Below, piece after piece: positions 46,756 through 58,595 of a stretch of DNA of 64,000 bases. Position 1 is the stretch's first letter; every line of letters begins with the position of its first letter. The stretch covers positions 25,294,111-25,358,110 of the forward strand of contig NC_057720.1 of assembly GCF_004010195.1 (NCBI RefSeq), given 5' to 3'. The translations under genes and the position numbers were made by a program. The stretch comes from Chiloscyllium plagiosum. Taxonomy: Eukaryota. The notes beneath the pieces were generated by a model. The model had not been told where the DNA came from, did no database searches, and was given only the letters and a program-made list of their open reading frames with translations.

Positions 46756-48537
46756 TAGAACATAGAACAATACAGCACAGAACAGGCCCTTCGGCCCACG
46801 ATGTTGTGCCGAACATTTGTCCTAGCTTAAGCACCCATCCATGTACCTATCCAATTGCCGCTTAAAGGCCACCAATGATTCTGACTCTACCACTCCCACA
46901 GGCAGCGCATTCCATGCCCCCACCACTCTCTGGGTAAAGAACCCACCCCTGACATCTCCCCTATACCTTCCACCCTTCACCTTAAATTTATGTCCCCTTG
47001 TAACACTCTGTTGTACCCAGGGAAAAAGTTTCTGACTGTCTACTCTATCTATTCCTCTGATCATCTTATAAACCTCGATCAAGTCACCCCTCATCCTTCG
47101 CCGTTCCAACAAGAAAAGGCCGAGAACTCTCAACCTAGCCTCGTACGACTTCCTCTCCATTCCAGGCAACATCCTGGTAAATCTTCTCTGCACCCCCTCC
47201 AAAGCTTCCACATCTTTCCTAAAGTGAGGCGACCAGAACTGCACACAGTACTCCAAATGTGGCCTAACCAAAGTCCTGTACAGCTGCAACATCACTTCAC
47301 GACTCTTGAATTCAATCCCTCTGCTAATGAACGATAATACTCCATAGGCCTTCTTACAAACTCTATCCACCTGAGTGGCAACCTTCAAAGATCTATGTAC
47401 ATAGACCCCAAGATCCCTCTGTTCCTCAACCTCACTAAGAACCCTACCATTAACCCTGTATTCCGCATTCTTATTCTTCTTCCAAAATGGACAACCTCAC
47501 ACTTGGCAGGGTTGAACTCCATCTGCCACTCCTCAGCCCAGCTCTGCATCATATCTAAGTCCCTCTGCAGCCGACAACAGCCCTCCTCACTGTCCACAAC
47601 TCCACCTATCTTCGTATCATCTGCAAATTTACTGACCCACCCTTCGACTCCCTCATCTAAGTCATTAATAAAAATTACAAACAGCAGAGGACCCAGAACT
47701 GATCCCTGCGGAACTCCACTTGTAACTGGGCTCCAGGCTGAATATTTACCATCTACCACCACTCTCTGCCTTCGACCGGTTAGCCAGTTTTCTATCCAAT
47801 TGGCCAAATTTCCCTCTATCCCATGCCTCCTGACTTTCCGCATAAGCCTACCATGGGGAACCTTATCAAATGCCTCACNNNNNNNNNNNNNNNNNNNNNN
47901 NNNNNNNNNNNNNNNNNNNNNNNNNNNNNNNNNNNNNNNNNNNNNNNNNNNNNNNNNNNNNNNNNNNNNNNNNNNNNNNNNNNNNNNNNNNNNNNNNNNN
48001 NNNNNNNNNNNNNNNNNNNNNNNNNNNNNNNNNNNNNNNNNNNNNNNNNNNNNNNNNNNNNNNNNNNNNNNNNNNNNNNNNNNNNNNNNNNNNNNNNNNN
48101 NNNNNNNNNNNNNNNNNNNNNNNNNNNNNNNNNNNNNNNNNNNNNNNNACAGTCTCCCATTACTGTCCTTGATCGGACCTACCCTTGTTCTCGTCATTCT
48201 CATGTTTCTCACATACGCATAAAATGCCTTTGGGTTATCCTTGATCCTATCCGCCAAAGATTTTTCCATGTCCTCTCTTAGCTCTCCTAATCCCTTTCTT
48301 CAGGTTCCTTCTGGCTATCCTGTATCCCTCCAACGCTCTGTCTGAACCTTGTTTTCTCAACCTTATGTAAGCCTCCTTCTTCCTCTTTACTAGATCTTCA
48401 ACCTCCCTCGTCAACCAAGGTTCCCTCACACGACCATCTCTTTCCTGCCTGACAGGTACATACATATCAAGGACACGTCGTATCTGTTCCTTGAAAAAGT
48501 TCCACATTTTCACGACATCCTTCCCTGACAGCCTATG
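46756..48537 (-). mobile_element. Young CR1-type LINE ORF2 spanning an assembly gap
   Basis: [29 protein letters not shown]; catagaa tail. Confidence 0.93.
47879..48149. other. Assembly gap (N run)
   Basis: Run of n. Confidence 0.99.
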
Positions 48538-48539
48538 TC

Positions 48540-50250
48540 ACTGAAGGTCTTGGATGGGATGCCAATCAAGCGCATAACTTTGTCCCAAATAGTGTCAATC
48601 TTCTTTAATGTTATTGGTGCTGCACCCAATAAGTGGAGAATATTCCATCACACTTCTGACTTGTGCCTTGGAGATGGTGGACAGGCTTTGTATTGACAGG
48701 AGGTGAGTTCCATGCTGCAGAATTCCTAGTCCCTGATCCGATCTTGCAGTCACAGCATTTAAGTGAGTGATCCAGTTCAGTTCTTGATCAATGGTAACTC
48801 CTAGGCTGTTGATAGTGGGTAATCTGGTGTTGCTAATGCCAATTATCACTGGAGGAGTTCCTCAGGGTTTTAAAAAATATTTTCTAATTAACCTGTTTAG
48901 AGATATTATTACATTCCTCTGGGCTTGATGGGACTTGAACCTGGAATGTCGAGGGCTGACAAATTAGATCTTCCCTCATTGGAGATAGTCATTGCCTGGT
49001 ACTTCCATGACATTAATATTATTAACCACTTATTAGCCCAAGCTTGCGCATTGTCCAAAACCACTGCATTTGAACATGGACTGTTTCAGTATCTGAGAAA
49101 TCATAAATGGTGCTGAATACAGTGCAATCACTGGTGAACATTCCTACTTCTGATTTTAAGATGGAGGGAAGGTCATTGATGAAGCATCTGAAGATGGGTT
49201 GGCCTATGACAGTACCTTGAGGAACTAGGGTTCTTGTGGCACCGTGGTAGTAGCCCTAGCTTTAAGCCTGGAGGTCGGGGTTCAAGTCCCATCAAGCCCA
49301 GAGGAATGTAATAATGTCTCTGAACAGATTAATTAGAAAATATTAAAAAAAGATCCTGAGGAACTCCTCCAGTGATGACCTGATAATGGTTCACCTTTAA
49401 GAATCTCAACCATCTTCCTTTGTGGCAGTTTTGACTCTAACCAGGAGTGTGTTTTACCTGATTTCCATGGACTCCATATTTGCTAGTGTTCCTTGTTGCC
49501 ACACTCAAATGCAGGCTTAATTTTGAGGGTAGTCCCTCTCATCTCACTCCTGGATCTCAGCTCGTGCCCACATTTGAATAAGGTTATAACGAGGCCAGGA
49601 GCTGAATGGCCCTGGCAGAGCCAGAACTGAGCGCCAGTGAGCGGGTTATTCCTTTGCATGTTTTATATTGATAGCAGTGTCGATGATGTCTTGCATCACT
49701 TTGTTGTAGTTAACCAGTTTGAATTCATCTTGCTTTTTGTGGACAAGTTATACCTGGGCATAAACTGTCAGGGAGGTGCCAGTGCTGTAGTTGTATTGGA
49801 AACATTCAGCTAGGGGTGTGACTAATTCTGGAGCTCAAGCCTTGAGAATTATTCCCTTCAGCTGTTTCTCGACATCACAGGGAGTGACTTGAATTAGCAT
49901 CTGTGATGTTGAGATCCTTGATTAGTCCGTGAGACAGTCTCCCAAATTTTTAATGGTCCTCAAATGTTAGTAAGAAAGACGTTGCAGGGTGGACAGGGCT
50001 GGGTTCATTTCTCTCTCCACCCCGGAGGCTCCCAGCCTCATTTCTGATGAAGCACTCCTGCCCGAAATGTCGATTTTCCTGCTCCTCAGATGCTGCCTGA
50101 GCTGCTGTGCTTTTCCAGCACCACTCTAATCTTGACTTCATTATTAGCATGCCTGGTGTCTAGTGCAATATCAGGTGGTCTTTCCAGTTTCATTTCTTCC
50201 TTTAGACTTTTCTAGTGTTTGATACTTTGGAGCACCTTGATAGACCATTT
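48540..50250 (-). mobile_element. Old L2/CR1-group LINE remnant with small insertions
   Basis: LGVTIDQELNW...KAQVRSVMEYSP; resembles 1890-2830. Confidence 0.65.
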
Positions 50251-51577
50251 CAGAGTCAAGCACTTTCCTGTCGGTCTGGAGTTGCATTTAGGTAAGACCA
50301 GGGAGGGACAGCAGATTTACTTCCTTAAAAGGCATTAGTGAACTAAATGGGATTTATTTTATCCATTCACAGGACGTGGGCGTCACTGGTTGCCCATCCC
50401 TTATTGCCCAGAGGCCAGTTAAGAGTCAACCACATTACTGTGGGACTGGAGTCACATGTAGGCCAGACCAGGTTTTTTTTGAACAACAATGGTTACAGTG
50501 TTGCGACTAGGTCCTTTTGGAATTGCAGCTACCTTTTCCAGAAAACAATCCAAGTTGCATTGACGGCTGCGGCATAGGCTGCAGCAGAGCAGGCCCAGCA
50601 CAGATTGGATTCTGTCATAAACGAGGCCTACACCAAGTAGATGGTCCCCATTATTCACATTAAATATGACAGGGTAATACCTGTTGAAGGCAGACTTCAG
50701 GCATACGTGAAAGGTGTCCCAGCTCAATTTAATTCAGACGCCTTTAAGCTGTCTTTGGACACCACTCCCCAAAATGGGAGCTCTCCTGATGCCCACTTAA
50801 CACCTACAATGACCAATGTCTACCTCAGCCAATCAGCTGCCCAAATGCGAGGGAGAAAATTGTAGCAAATCAATGTAAAGTGACAGTGTGCAGACAGAAT
50901 TACCAATTACAATAGCAGAGAGGAAGTATGAGATCAAACACAACATTACTAACCCAGCACTAATCACAGACAGGGCCTGGAAGATAATTAATTCTACAAT
51001 CATTAACTTTTATAGTTAATTATTAAATTTTATTCCATCAATGAGGATTAAAATACTAGAGTTCTGGAACTTGGCAGTTGATTTATTATTGATATTTTTG
51101 CTCTCCTTATTGCATATAAATTAACTTAAATGAATCAACCCCATACTGGTTTTAAATTAAGTCATTCTAGTAAAAGACCTCAGGGCGAATGATCCTGTTG
51201 CATAAAAACGAACCTGCATGGGTTTCCATAACAACAAAACACTTAGGGAAAAGAAATCTGGAGGCCTTGGGAGCTGCAGAGAAATGGTGAGAAAACACTA
51301 ATGATAACGCTTAATGATATTTACAATTAGATTTTAAAAAAGCCTAAATTTAGAAAATAGTTATCTGTAACACACCAATTAAATTTACCAATATGATTGC
51401 AGGGCTCCAGTAACGTACAATTAAGGAGCTGGAGTGTAAGACTCGGGAGAAAGAGCGTGTTAAATTGATGGGTGTTGTACTCATATATTTCCTGTGGTGG
51501 ATGGGAACATAAGAGTCCAGCAAAAAGTCACACTGGACAATGACAATCAGTGAACTTAAACTGTTTCAGGTTACAAT

Positions 51578-51747
51578 TCACACAACACCAGGTTATAGTC
51601 CAACAGGTCTATTTGGAAGCACTAGCTTTCGAAGTGGTGCAAAAGCTCCAAAAGCGAGTGCTTCCAAATAAACCTGTTGGACTATAACCTGGTGTTGTGT
51701 GATTTTTAACTTTGTCCATCCCAGTCCAACATTGGTTCCTCCACATC
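51578..51747. mobile_element. Family-B fold-back mini-element, hammerheads truncated
   Basis: cacacaacaccaggttatagtccaacagg / cctgttggactataacctggtgttgtgtg; ttacaat on both flanks. Confidence 0.8.
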
Positions 51748-51817
51748 AGATTACAATCGTAAGAATGAAGGCAAGGAAGGAAGACTTGCATATGTACTGG
51801 ACATCTCAAGGCACTTT

Positions 51818-52383
51818 AGTCATAGAGTCCCTACAGTGTGGAAACAGACTATTTGCCCATTGAGTCCACACCAACCCTCTGAAGAGCATCCCATCCAGAC
51901 CCAACCCATTCCTGCAACCCTGCATTTCCCATGGCTAAACCCTCTAGCCTGCACATCCCTGGACAATTTAGCATGGGCAATCCACCCAACCTGCACATCT
52001 TTGGACTGTGGGAGGAAAGGACAAAGTGTGGACTGCAGATACTGGAGATCAGAGTCAAAAGGTGTGATGCTGGAAAAGCACAGCAGGTTGAGCAGCATCC
52101 GAGGAGCAGGAGAGTGAAGGTTTCAAGCATAAGCTCTTCATTGCTAATGGAGAGCTTATGCTCAAAATGTCGACTCTCCCGCTCCTCAGATGATGCCTGA
52201 CCAGCTGTGCTTTTCCAGTATCACACCTTTTGATTGTGGGAGGAAACCAGAACACCCAGAGGAAACCCACACACACACGGGGAGAATGTGCAAACTCCAC
52301 ACAGACAGTCACCCAAGGCTGGAATCAAACCTGTGTCCCTGGTGCTGTGAGGCAAGAGAGCTAACCACTGAGCCACTGTGCCA
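51818..52383 (-). mobile_element. HE1-like SINE interrupted by a family-A fold-back (~52019-52229)
   Basis: tgtgggaggaaa duplicated on both sides of the insert; inverted arms with decayed hammerheads. Confidence 0.85.
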
Positions 52384-52502
52384 TTTAGTCACGGAAGTAT
52401 AGTTGCTGTGGTGATGTAGGAAATGCAAGATCAACAAGAAGTGAACATTTCCCCAGTGAGACTTGGGAGCAGTAGCTTGGGCAGGCATCCCATTCTGTGG
52501 GG

Positions 52503-53120
52503 AGAAAGTGAGGTCTGCAGATGCTGGAGATCAGAGCTGGAAATGTGTTGCTGGAAAAGCGCAGCAGGTCAGGCAGCATCCAGGGAACAGGAGAATCGAC
52601 GTTTCGGGCATAAGCCCTTCTTCAGAAATGAGGAAAGTTGGTCCAGCAGGCTAAGATAAAAGGCTAAGAGGAGGGACTTGGGGGAGGGGCGTCGGAAATG
52701 TGATAGGTGGAAAGAGGTCAAGGTGAGGGTGATAGGTCAGACTGGGGTGGGGGCGGAGAGGTTGGGAAGAAGATCTCAGGTTAGGAAGGCGGTGCTGAAT
52801 TTGATGGATTTGACTGAGACAGGGTGGGGGGAGGGGAAATGAGGAAACTGGTGAAATCCGAGTTCATCCCTTGTGGTTGGAGGGTTCCTAGCCGGAAGAT
52901 GAGGCGTTCTTCCTCCAACCGTCGTTTTGTTGTGGTCTGACGATGGAGGAGTCCAAAGACCTGCATATCCTTGGTGGAGTGGGAGGGGGAATTGAAATGT
53001 TGAGCTACAGGGTGGTTGGGTTGGTTGGTCCGGGTGTCCCAGAGGTGTTCTCTGAAACGCTCCGCAAGTAGCCGGCCTGTCTCCCCAATATAGAGGAGGC
53101 CACATCGGGTGCAGAGGAGG
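52503..53120 (-). mobile_element. 5'-truncated Penelope-like element (family A): GIY-YIG, 3' region, hammerhead, tail; 16-bp TSD
   Basis: [23 protein letters not shown]...VAQHFNS...EEERLIF...GMN; TSD atcccattctgtgggg at 52487 and 53121. Confidence 0.92.
52595..52628 (-). ncRNA. Minimal hammerhead motif, family A, intact core
   Basis: CUGAAGA-a-GGGC(uuau)GCCC-GAAA-CG-UC-gau. Confidence 0.8.
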
Positions 53121-53965
53121 ATCCCATTCTGTGGGGTGACCAACCCTTCTCCAACTGCCGTGGAAGATTAGGGAAGGTTACTTGAGTGTAGGTGATTCCT
53201 TCACCCGAGCCCTGGTTACTGTAGGAGGCAAAAAGGATGGAATGACACCATAACCAGCTACCCCACAGAAGCGTGTGAGGCCAAAGTGCAAACTTCTCAG
53301 CCTGATTGACTGCCATTAGAAAGATCAAAAGGATGATTTGTTCTGTCTTGGGCCTCAATCGACTCACCTCCAATGGATCAGAATGGTACTGCTAACTCTA
53401 GCTGCCTCCCAGTGAGATGATACCCACCAGGTATCACAGTAGGAAATCTTGCATTTATATGCGAACTTCAGTTAGGATCTGGGCTGGGGAGGAGCTGATA
53501 GTTCTAATCACCAGATCCATCGCCTGAGCTGATTGGCTGAGTAGCTTGTCAGTCAGAATATACAGTATCCAATGTAGCTAATGAAGTCAGGACACCACAT
53601 TGATTTACAGTCTCATTGACTGATGATTTCTGATGTTCTGACTAACAGAGTACATTGGTTGAGTAGGGCACACTAACTCCCCCCCCCCCCCATCCTTCCT
53701 TTCTTACCTTGTGTGGTGACTCACGGGCTATTCTGATGGCCCTGGGTGGAGGCTGTTGCAGTGCAAGATGAGGTAAAGAACCTTGTCGTGCTCACCTTTA
53801 GACTCGAAGGTCCTTCTTGACCTCCTTCCTCAATGGTGTATGCGGCTCTTCCATGGACTGAACAATGCCACCCCGATATCCTGACCTCCTCCTTCCCAGT
53901 GTCTGACGCTGGCTCATTACCTGTGTCTAGACCTGACCTTATCCCTCCCTCTGCAATAGAGAATG

Positions 53966-54395
53966 GATGGCACGCTGGCTCAGTGGTTAGCTCTGCTACC
54001 TCACAGTGCCAGGGACCCGGGTTCAATCCCAACCTTGGGTGACTGTCTGTGTGTAGTTTGCACATTCTCCCCATGTCTGCATGGGTTTCCTTAGGGTGTT
54101 CCAGTTTCCTCTCACAGTCCAAAGATGTGCAGGTTGGGTGGATTGGCATGCTAAATTGTGCATAGTGTCCAGGGATGTGCAGGCTAGGGGGGTTAGTCAG
54201 GGCTGAAAATGTGTTGCTGGAAAAGCGCAGCAGGTCAGGCAGCATCCAAGGAGCAGGAGAATCGACGTTTCAGGCATGAGCCCTTCTTCAGGGTTAGTCA
54301 GGGGTAAAGTAGGGAATAGGTCTAGGCGGGATACCCTTCAGAGGGTTAGTGTGAACTTGTTGGGCCAAATGGTCTGTTTCTGCAGGGATTCTATG
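53966..54395 (+). mobile_element. HE1-like SINE interrupted by an 88-bp family-A insert (54203-54290)
   Basis: TSD gggttagtcaggg at 54190 and 54291. Confidence 0.85.
54261..54293 (-). ncRNA. Minimal hammerhead motif, family A
   Basis: CUGAAGA-a-GGGC(ucau)GCCU-GAAA-CG-UC-gau. Confidence 0.7.
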
Positions 54396-55077
54396 GGAGT
54401 GTGTGTGTCTGTAAGACAGAGAAAAATTGTGTGTATAGGTGCACAAATGTGTGTGTGAGAGAGAGAGAGAAAGTGTGAGAGAATGAAATAGACTGAGAGT
54501 GTGTGAGAGAGACTGGGAGTGAGCTGGACATACACAAATAAACAGAAGTTGATTGGTATGGGGAAGGATGGGGGTCACAAAAAAGCCCACCCCTCCCCAA
54601 AATCCATCCACAAACTCATTTAGGAAAGGAGGAATATGTAGGCTGAAAGGCAACCCACTTCCAATTTCTAGTTTCATCTCAATTCCACAGTGACCAACTT
54701 GGAGTGTGCACCATCAGAGACAAATACAACCCTAAAACCAAAACCTTCACTTTGCTGCAGTCCCCTCCCCTTCCCTGGTGACTTGGACTTGAGGTCCACT
54801 CTCTCTGTCTCTAGATGTATTTCTTAATCAAAAAAGCAGAAAAAGGTTTTGTTAGCTTTGCTGTTGGAAACCATATATTATAGTTTTATATTTTTAATTT
54901 TTAAAATATAAAAATATATTTTTAAATGGTCAATTATTTCTCAAACATTGATTTCTCTTTCGTTTAGCAGGTTCTTTCCATTTTCTTCATATCGTTACCA
55001 ATTTTTTTCAAGTTGATGTTTAATATTTTGCCGAACTTCATCTCAGGCAGCCACTGCTGGTTTCCTGCTGAAAGGGA

Positions 55078-55200
55078 GTTCTGAAGAAGGGTCACTGGAC
55101 TTGAGATGTTAACTCTGCTTTCTCTGCATAAATGTTACCAGTCTTGCTGAGTTTTTCCAGCAATTTCTGATTTTGTTTCTGATTTGCAGAATCTACAGTA
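55078..55200 (+). mobile_element. Decayed hammerhead-bearing terminal repeat, family D
   Basis: gtt-CTGAAGA-a-GGGTC(actg)GACTT-GAGA-TG-TT-aac; homologous inverted pair at ~3116-3192. Confidence 0.55.
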
Positions 55201-55681
55201 TTTGAGAAAAGGGGTCATGTTCTAAAGAAATGGAATGTATTGGAAATGCTCAGCAAGTCTGGAAGTATCTATGCAGAGACGCAGAAAGAGATAGACAGAG
55301 AGAGAGAGAAAGAGAGAGAGGCAGGGCTCTATGACTCTTCATCAGAACTAACACAGATTGTGAACCGGATGTGTTGAGTTTGTTTTTCCCTCTGCAGATG
55401 CTGCCTGGTCTGTGACTATTTCCATCATTTTCTAGTCACAGATTTCCACTATTTTGCTTTTCTACTTTGTGCTCCGTGGTAAGCATTTGTAAGATTGGTT
55501 AATTTCAATTTAAAATGAGAAAATACTGATCAATCAGTGAAAAAGTTTAATTCTGCTATTGATGAAACCAAAGTTTTTTGGATAATGAGATCTGGATATT
55601 GTAGGGCCAGTTTCAAAGAGATGACTGCATTCAATGAATGACCAAGTTGTGTGTAATTGTCTAACAAAGCCATAGTTGTAT

Positions 55682-56128
55682 CAGGGTTGGAGGATTTGAA
55701 TTACAAGGGGAGGCTGAATAGGCTGGGATTGTTTTCCCTGGAGCGTCTAGGCTGAGACGCGACCTTGTAGAGATTTATATAATCATGAGGGGCATGGATA
55801 GGGTAAATAGACAAGGTCTTTTCCCTGGGGTGGGGGAGTTGAGAACTGGAAGGCACAGCTTTACGGTGAGGGGAAAAATTTAAAAGAGACCTAAGGGGAA
55901 ACTTTTTCACACAAAGGGGGGGGGGGTGCATATATGGAATGAGCTGCCAGACGAAGTGGTGGAGGCTGGTAAAATTACAACATTTAAAAGGATGGGAATA
56001 TGAATAGGAAGGGATTAGACGGATATGGGCCAGGTGCTGGCAGGTGGGACTAGATTGGGTTGGGATCTCTGGCTGGCATGGCCAAGTTGGACCAAAGGGT
56101 CTGTTTCTGTGCTGTACATCTCTATGAT
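55682..56128 (+). mobile_element. CR1 3' end
   Basis: Homologous to 6603-7050. Confidence 0.85.
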
Positions 56129-58277
56129 TCAATGTATCATTCTGAGACCTGAGCTTTTGATCATCTTTATAAATAGAGGAACAGAGCACAAAGACCTGCA
56201 AAATTGCTAAGTCTATGTAAAACGATTTGACCCCACAGTGACTACAGTTCTCAATTCTGTCACCTGAAGGATAACAGCAGAAAGTTAACTTCTCACCCTG
56301 GCCCAGCCTTTAATATAGAAACCATTCCAAACTGCTTCACAGGAACATGACTAATTAAAATTTGACAACTAACCTATTAAGGAAATATTAACACTGGTGC
56401 CCCAAAACTAGGTCAAAGGTAGGTTTTAAGGAATATTTGTAAGGAGGAGAAGAGAGTGCGGGTGAGAGAGCTAAGCGGTTTGGGGAGGAATTAAAGAAGC
56501 TTAGGCCCTTGGAAGCTGAAGAAATGAAAATAAAACACTTATGAGACCAGAATCAGGGTTATCCAGAGATCTCAGAGGCTTCTAATGCTACAGGAGATTG
56601 CAAAGACAGAGGAAGAAAGTTATGAAGATAGTGAAAGATAAGGCTGTGGAAGGATTGGAACACGGATGAAAAGATTAAATCGGAGGTATTTCTGAACTGG
56701 GCATCAGCAAACACATCTCGTGCTGATACAGAAATTGATGAGAAGGTACCATGTCATCTACCACACTTCAAATAGGGAAGTGGGCAATCAGGATTTTCTG
56801 AATTATGGATTTCTTTTACTACGCAATGATCATCAGCCATTGAAAACGTCCGGTGGGAAAAGAAAATTTTGCATCGATATAGCACATTTCAAGGTCACTT
56901 GATACTTCAAAATATTTTACAATCCATTATATACTTTTGAAGTGCAGATACTGCTGTAATGTAGTTGATGGGCAGACACTATATACCAGCAACTAAAACC
57001 GACATTGCTGGAGAAACTGAGCAGGTCTGGCAGCATCTGTGGAGAGAAAGCACTTCTTGGATTACCCACCGCTTTCCATCATGTTTACAAAGAGAATATG
57101 TGAGCTGGAATGAATTTCATGGGATTTTAAATGTATCTAAGTGGAGCTTACATCGTATTGCTCACGACTAGGCTGAATATAGTTGCTCAGGCATTAAGAT
57201 ATACTCGGTTTGTCTCTTTGTGGTTATCTTCTGTGATGAAGCAACATAATTAGGCAGATGCTGAACTGCATTACAGGCTAATTGATGGAGGTTATAGTAC
57301 ATTACTTGTAAATTCCACCCCTTAACTAGGGAGAAAGGCCACAAGAGTAAGATTAGAAATGCTAGCAGGAACTGAGAAGCTTGCTACTGTGCTTAAAAAG
57401 AATGGATATTTTTCAGTTGAATTCTGAAATGTGACAGGTGTGTGTTTTATACAGTGCCCTATCTCTCCTGATACTGTAAGTGAGTAATTAAGGAAGTCAG
57501 TGCATACTGTGTAATGCATGATATATTATTCAGATGCAGCAGTTGCTCTTTAAGGCTGCAATGTGTAATTGTCAAGCCAACAGAGACGGAGAACAATCAA
57601 ATTAATTGTTTGATCAGGGAACTTGGCAGATTGGAAGCTTGTCGGTTTCAGACTGCAGTGCACTTCTGGCAACCTTGTTTCTGAAAAGTGTAACTTCTGT
57701 GCACATTCGGTGAACCATTCCAAACTTCAAAAAATACACACAGGGAGATTTCTGAGCAGCGCTGAGCAATCTTGAATCTCATTAAATTTGATCCTTTTCC
57801 CTGAACTGTAATCTGTATAAGACACAGGCTCATTAAAGGTGTTTCTCCATACACCATGTATTTCCTACAATGGTGCTATATTTTCCTGTTTGCTTATGTA
57901 GCATCTGAAAGGTGGTGTTTAAGGAAGGAACCCCAGTGAGGCCTGAGGCAGCTGACAACATGGCTGCCAATCTTTAATGTGAAGAAGTGGACAGAATGTC
58001 AGCAGCTCAGAGATCTTAGAGGGTAGGAGCGATGGAGAAGATTAGACAATTAGTAACGGACAAAGTAGTGATAGCCAATTCTCCTTCCCCAGCGCACTAA
58101 TGTTCCGGTCAAAATTTTCAAACTGTCCATCTGACAATAACTGTTGGATAAACGAAAATTTCCTTCAGATCGATGTCACGAAAAAAAGGCCCTATATATC
58201 TCTGCCTCTGTCAAACGCGTTCAAGATGCCAGTGGGGATATATGGCCTGAATTCAGATTTTTACTCCACATAAATAA

Positions 58278-58595
58278 AAGGTGGACAGTAAAGGTCTTTA
58301 CCCTAGGTTGGGGGAGTTCAAAAGCAGGGGGCATATTTTTAAGGTGAGAAGAGGAAGATTTAAAAGGGACCTGAGGGGCAACCTTTCCACACAGAGGGTG
58401 AAATGAACTATCAGAGAAAATGGCAGATGCAGGTACAGTTACAACATTTAAAAGGACATTTGGACAAGTACAGGAATAGAAAAGGCTGAGAGGGATTATG
58501 AGCCAAATGCGACTTGTTTAGTTTGGGAAACTTGGTCAGCATGGACGGGCTGGACCAAAGGGTCTGTTTCTGTGCTGTACGGCTCTATCTATGTC
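58278..58595 (+). mobile_element. CR1 3' end
   Basis: aaaagggacctgaggggcaac...ggaccaaagggtctg. Confidence 0.8.

Noticed and set aside
47385..48281. ORFs with poly-X
   Set aside because: They read through the assembly gap inside a CR1.
50542..50865. Protein-like frame KTIQVALTAAA*AAAEQAQHRLDSVINEAYTK*MVPII...
   Set aside because: Two in-frame stops and no recognisable homology; the faint resemblance to the SZT2 C-terminus is not supportable.
54874..54926. AT-only quasi-palindrome
   Set aside because: Low complexity; pairing is expected by chance.
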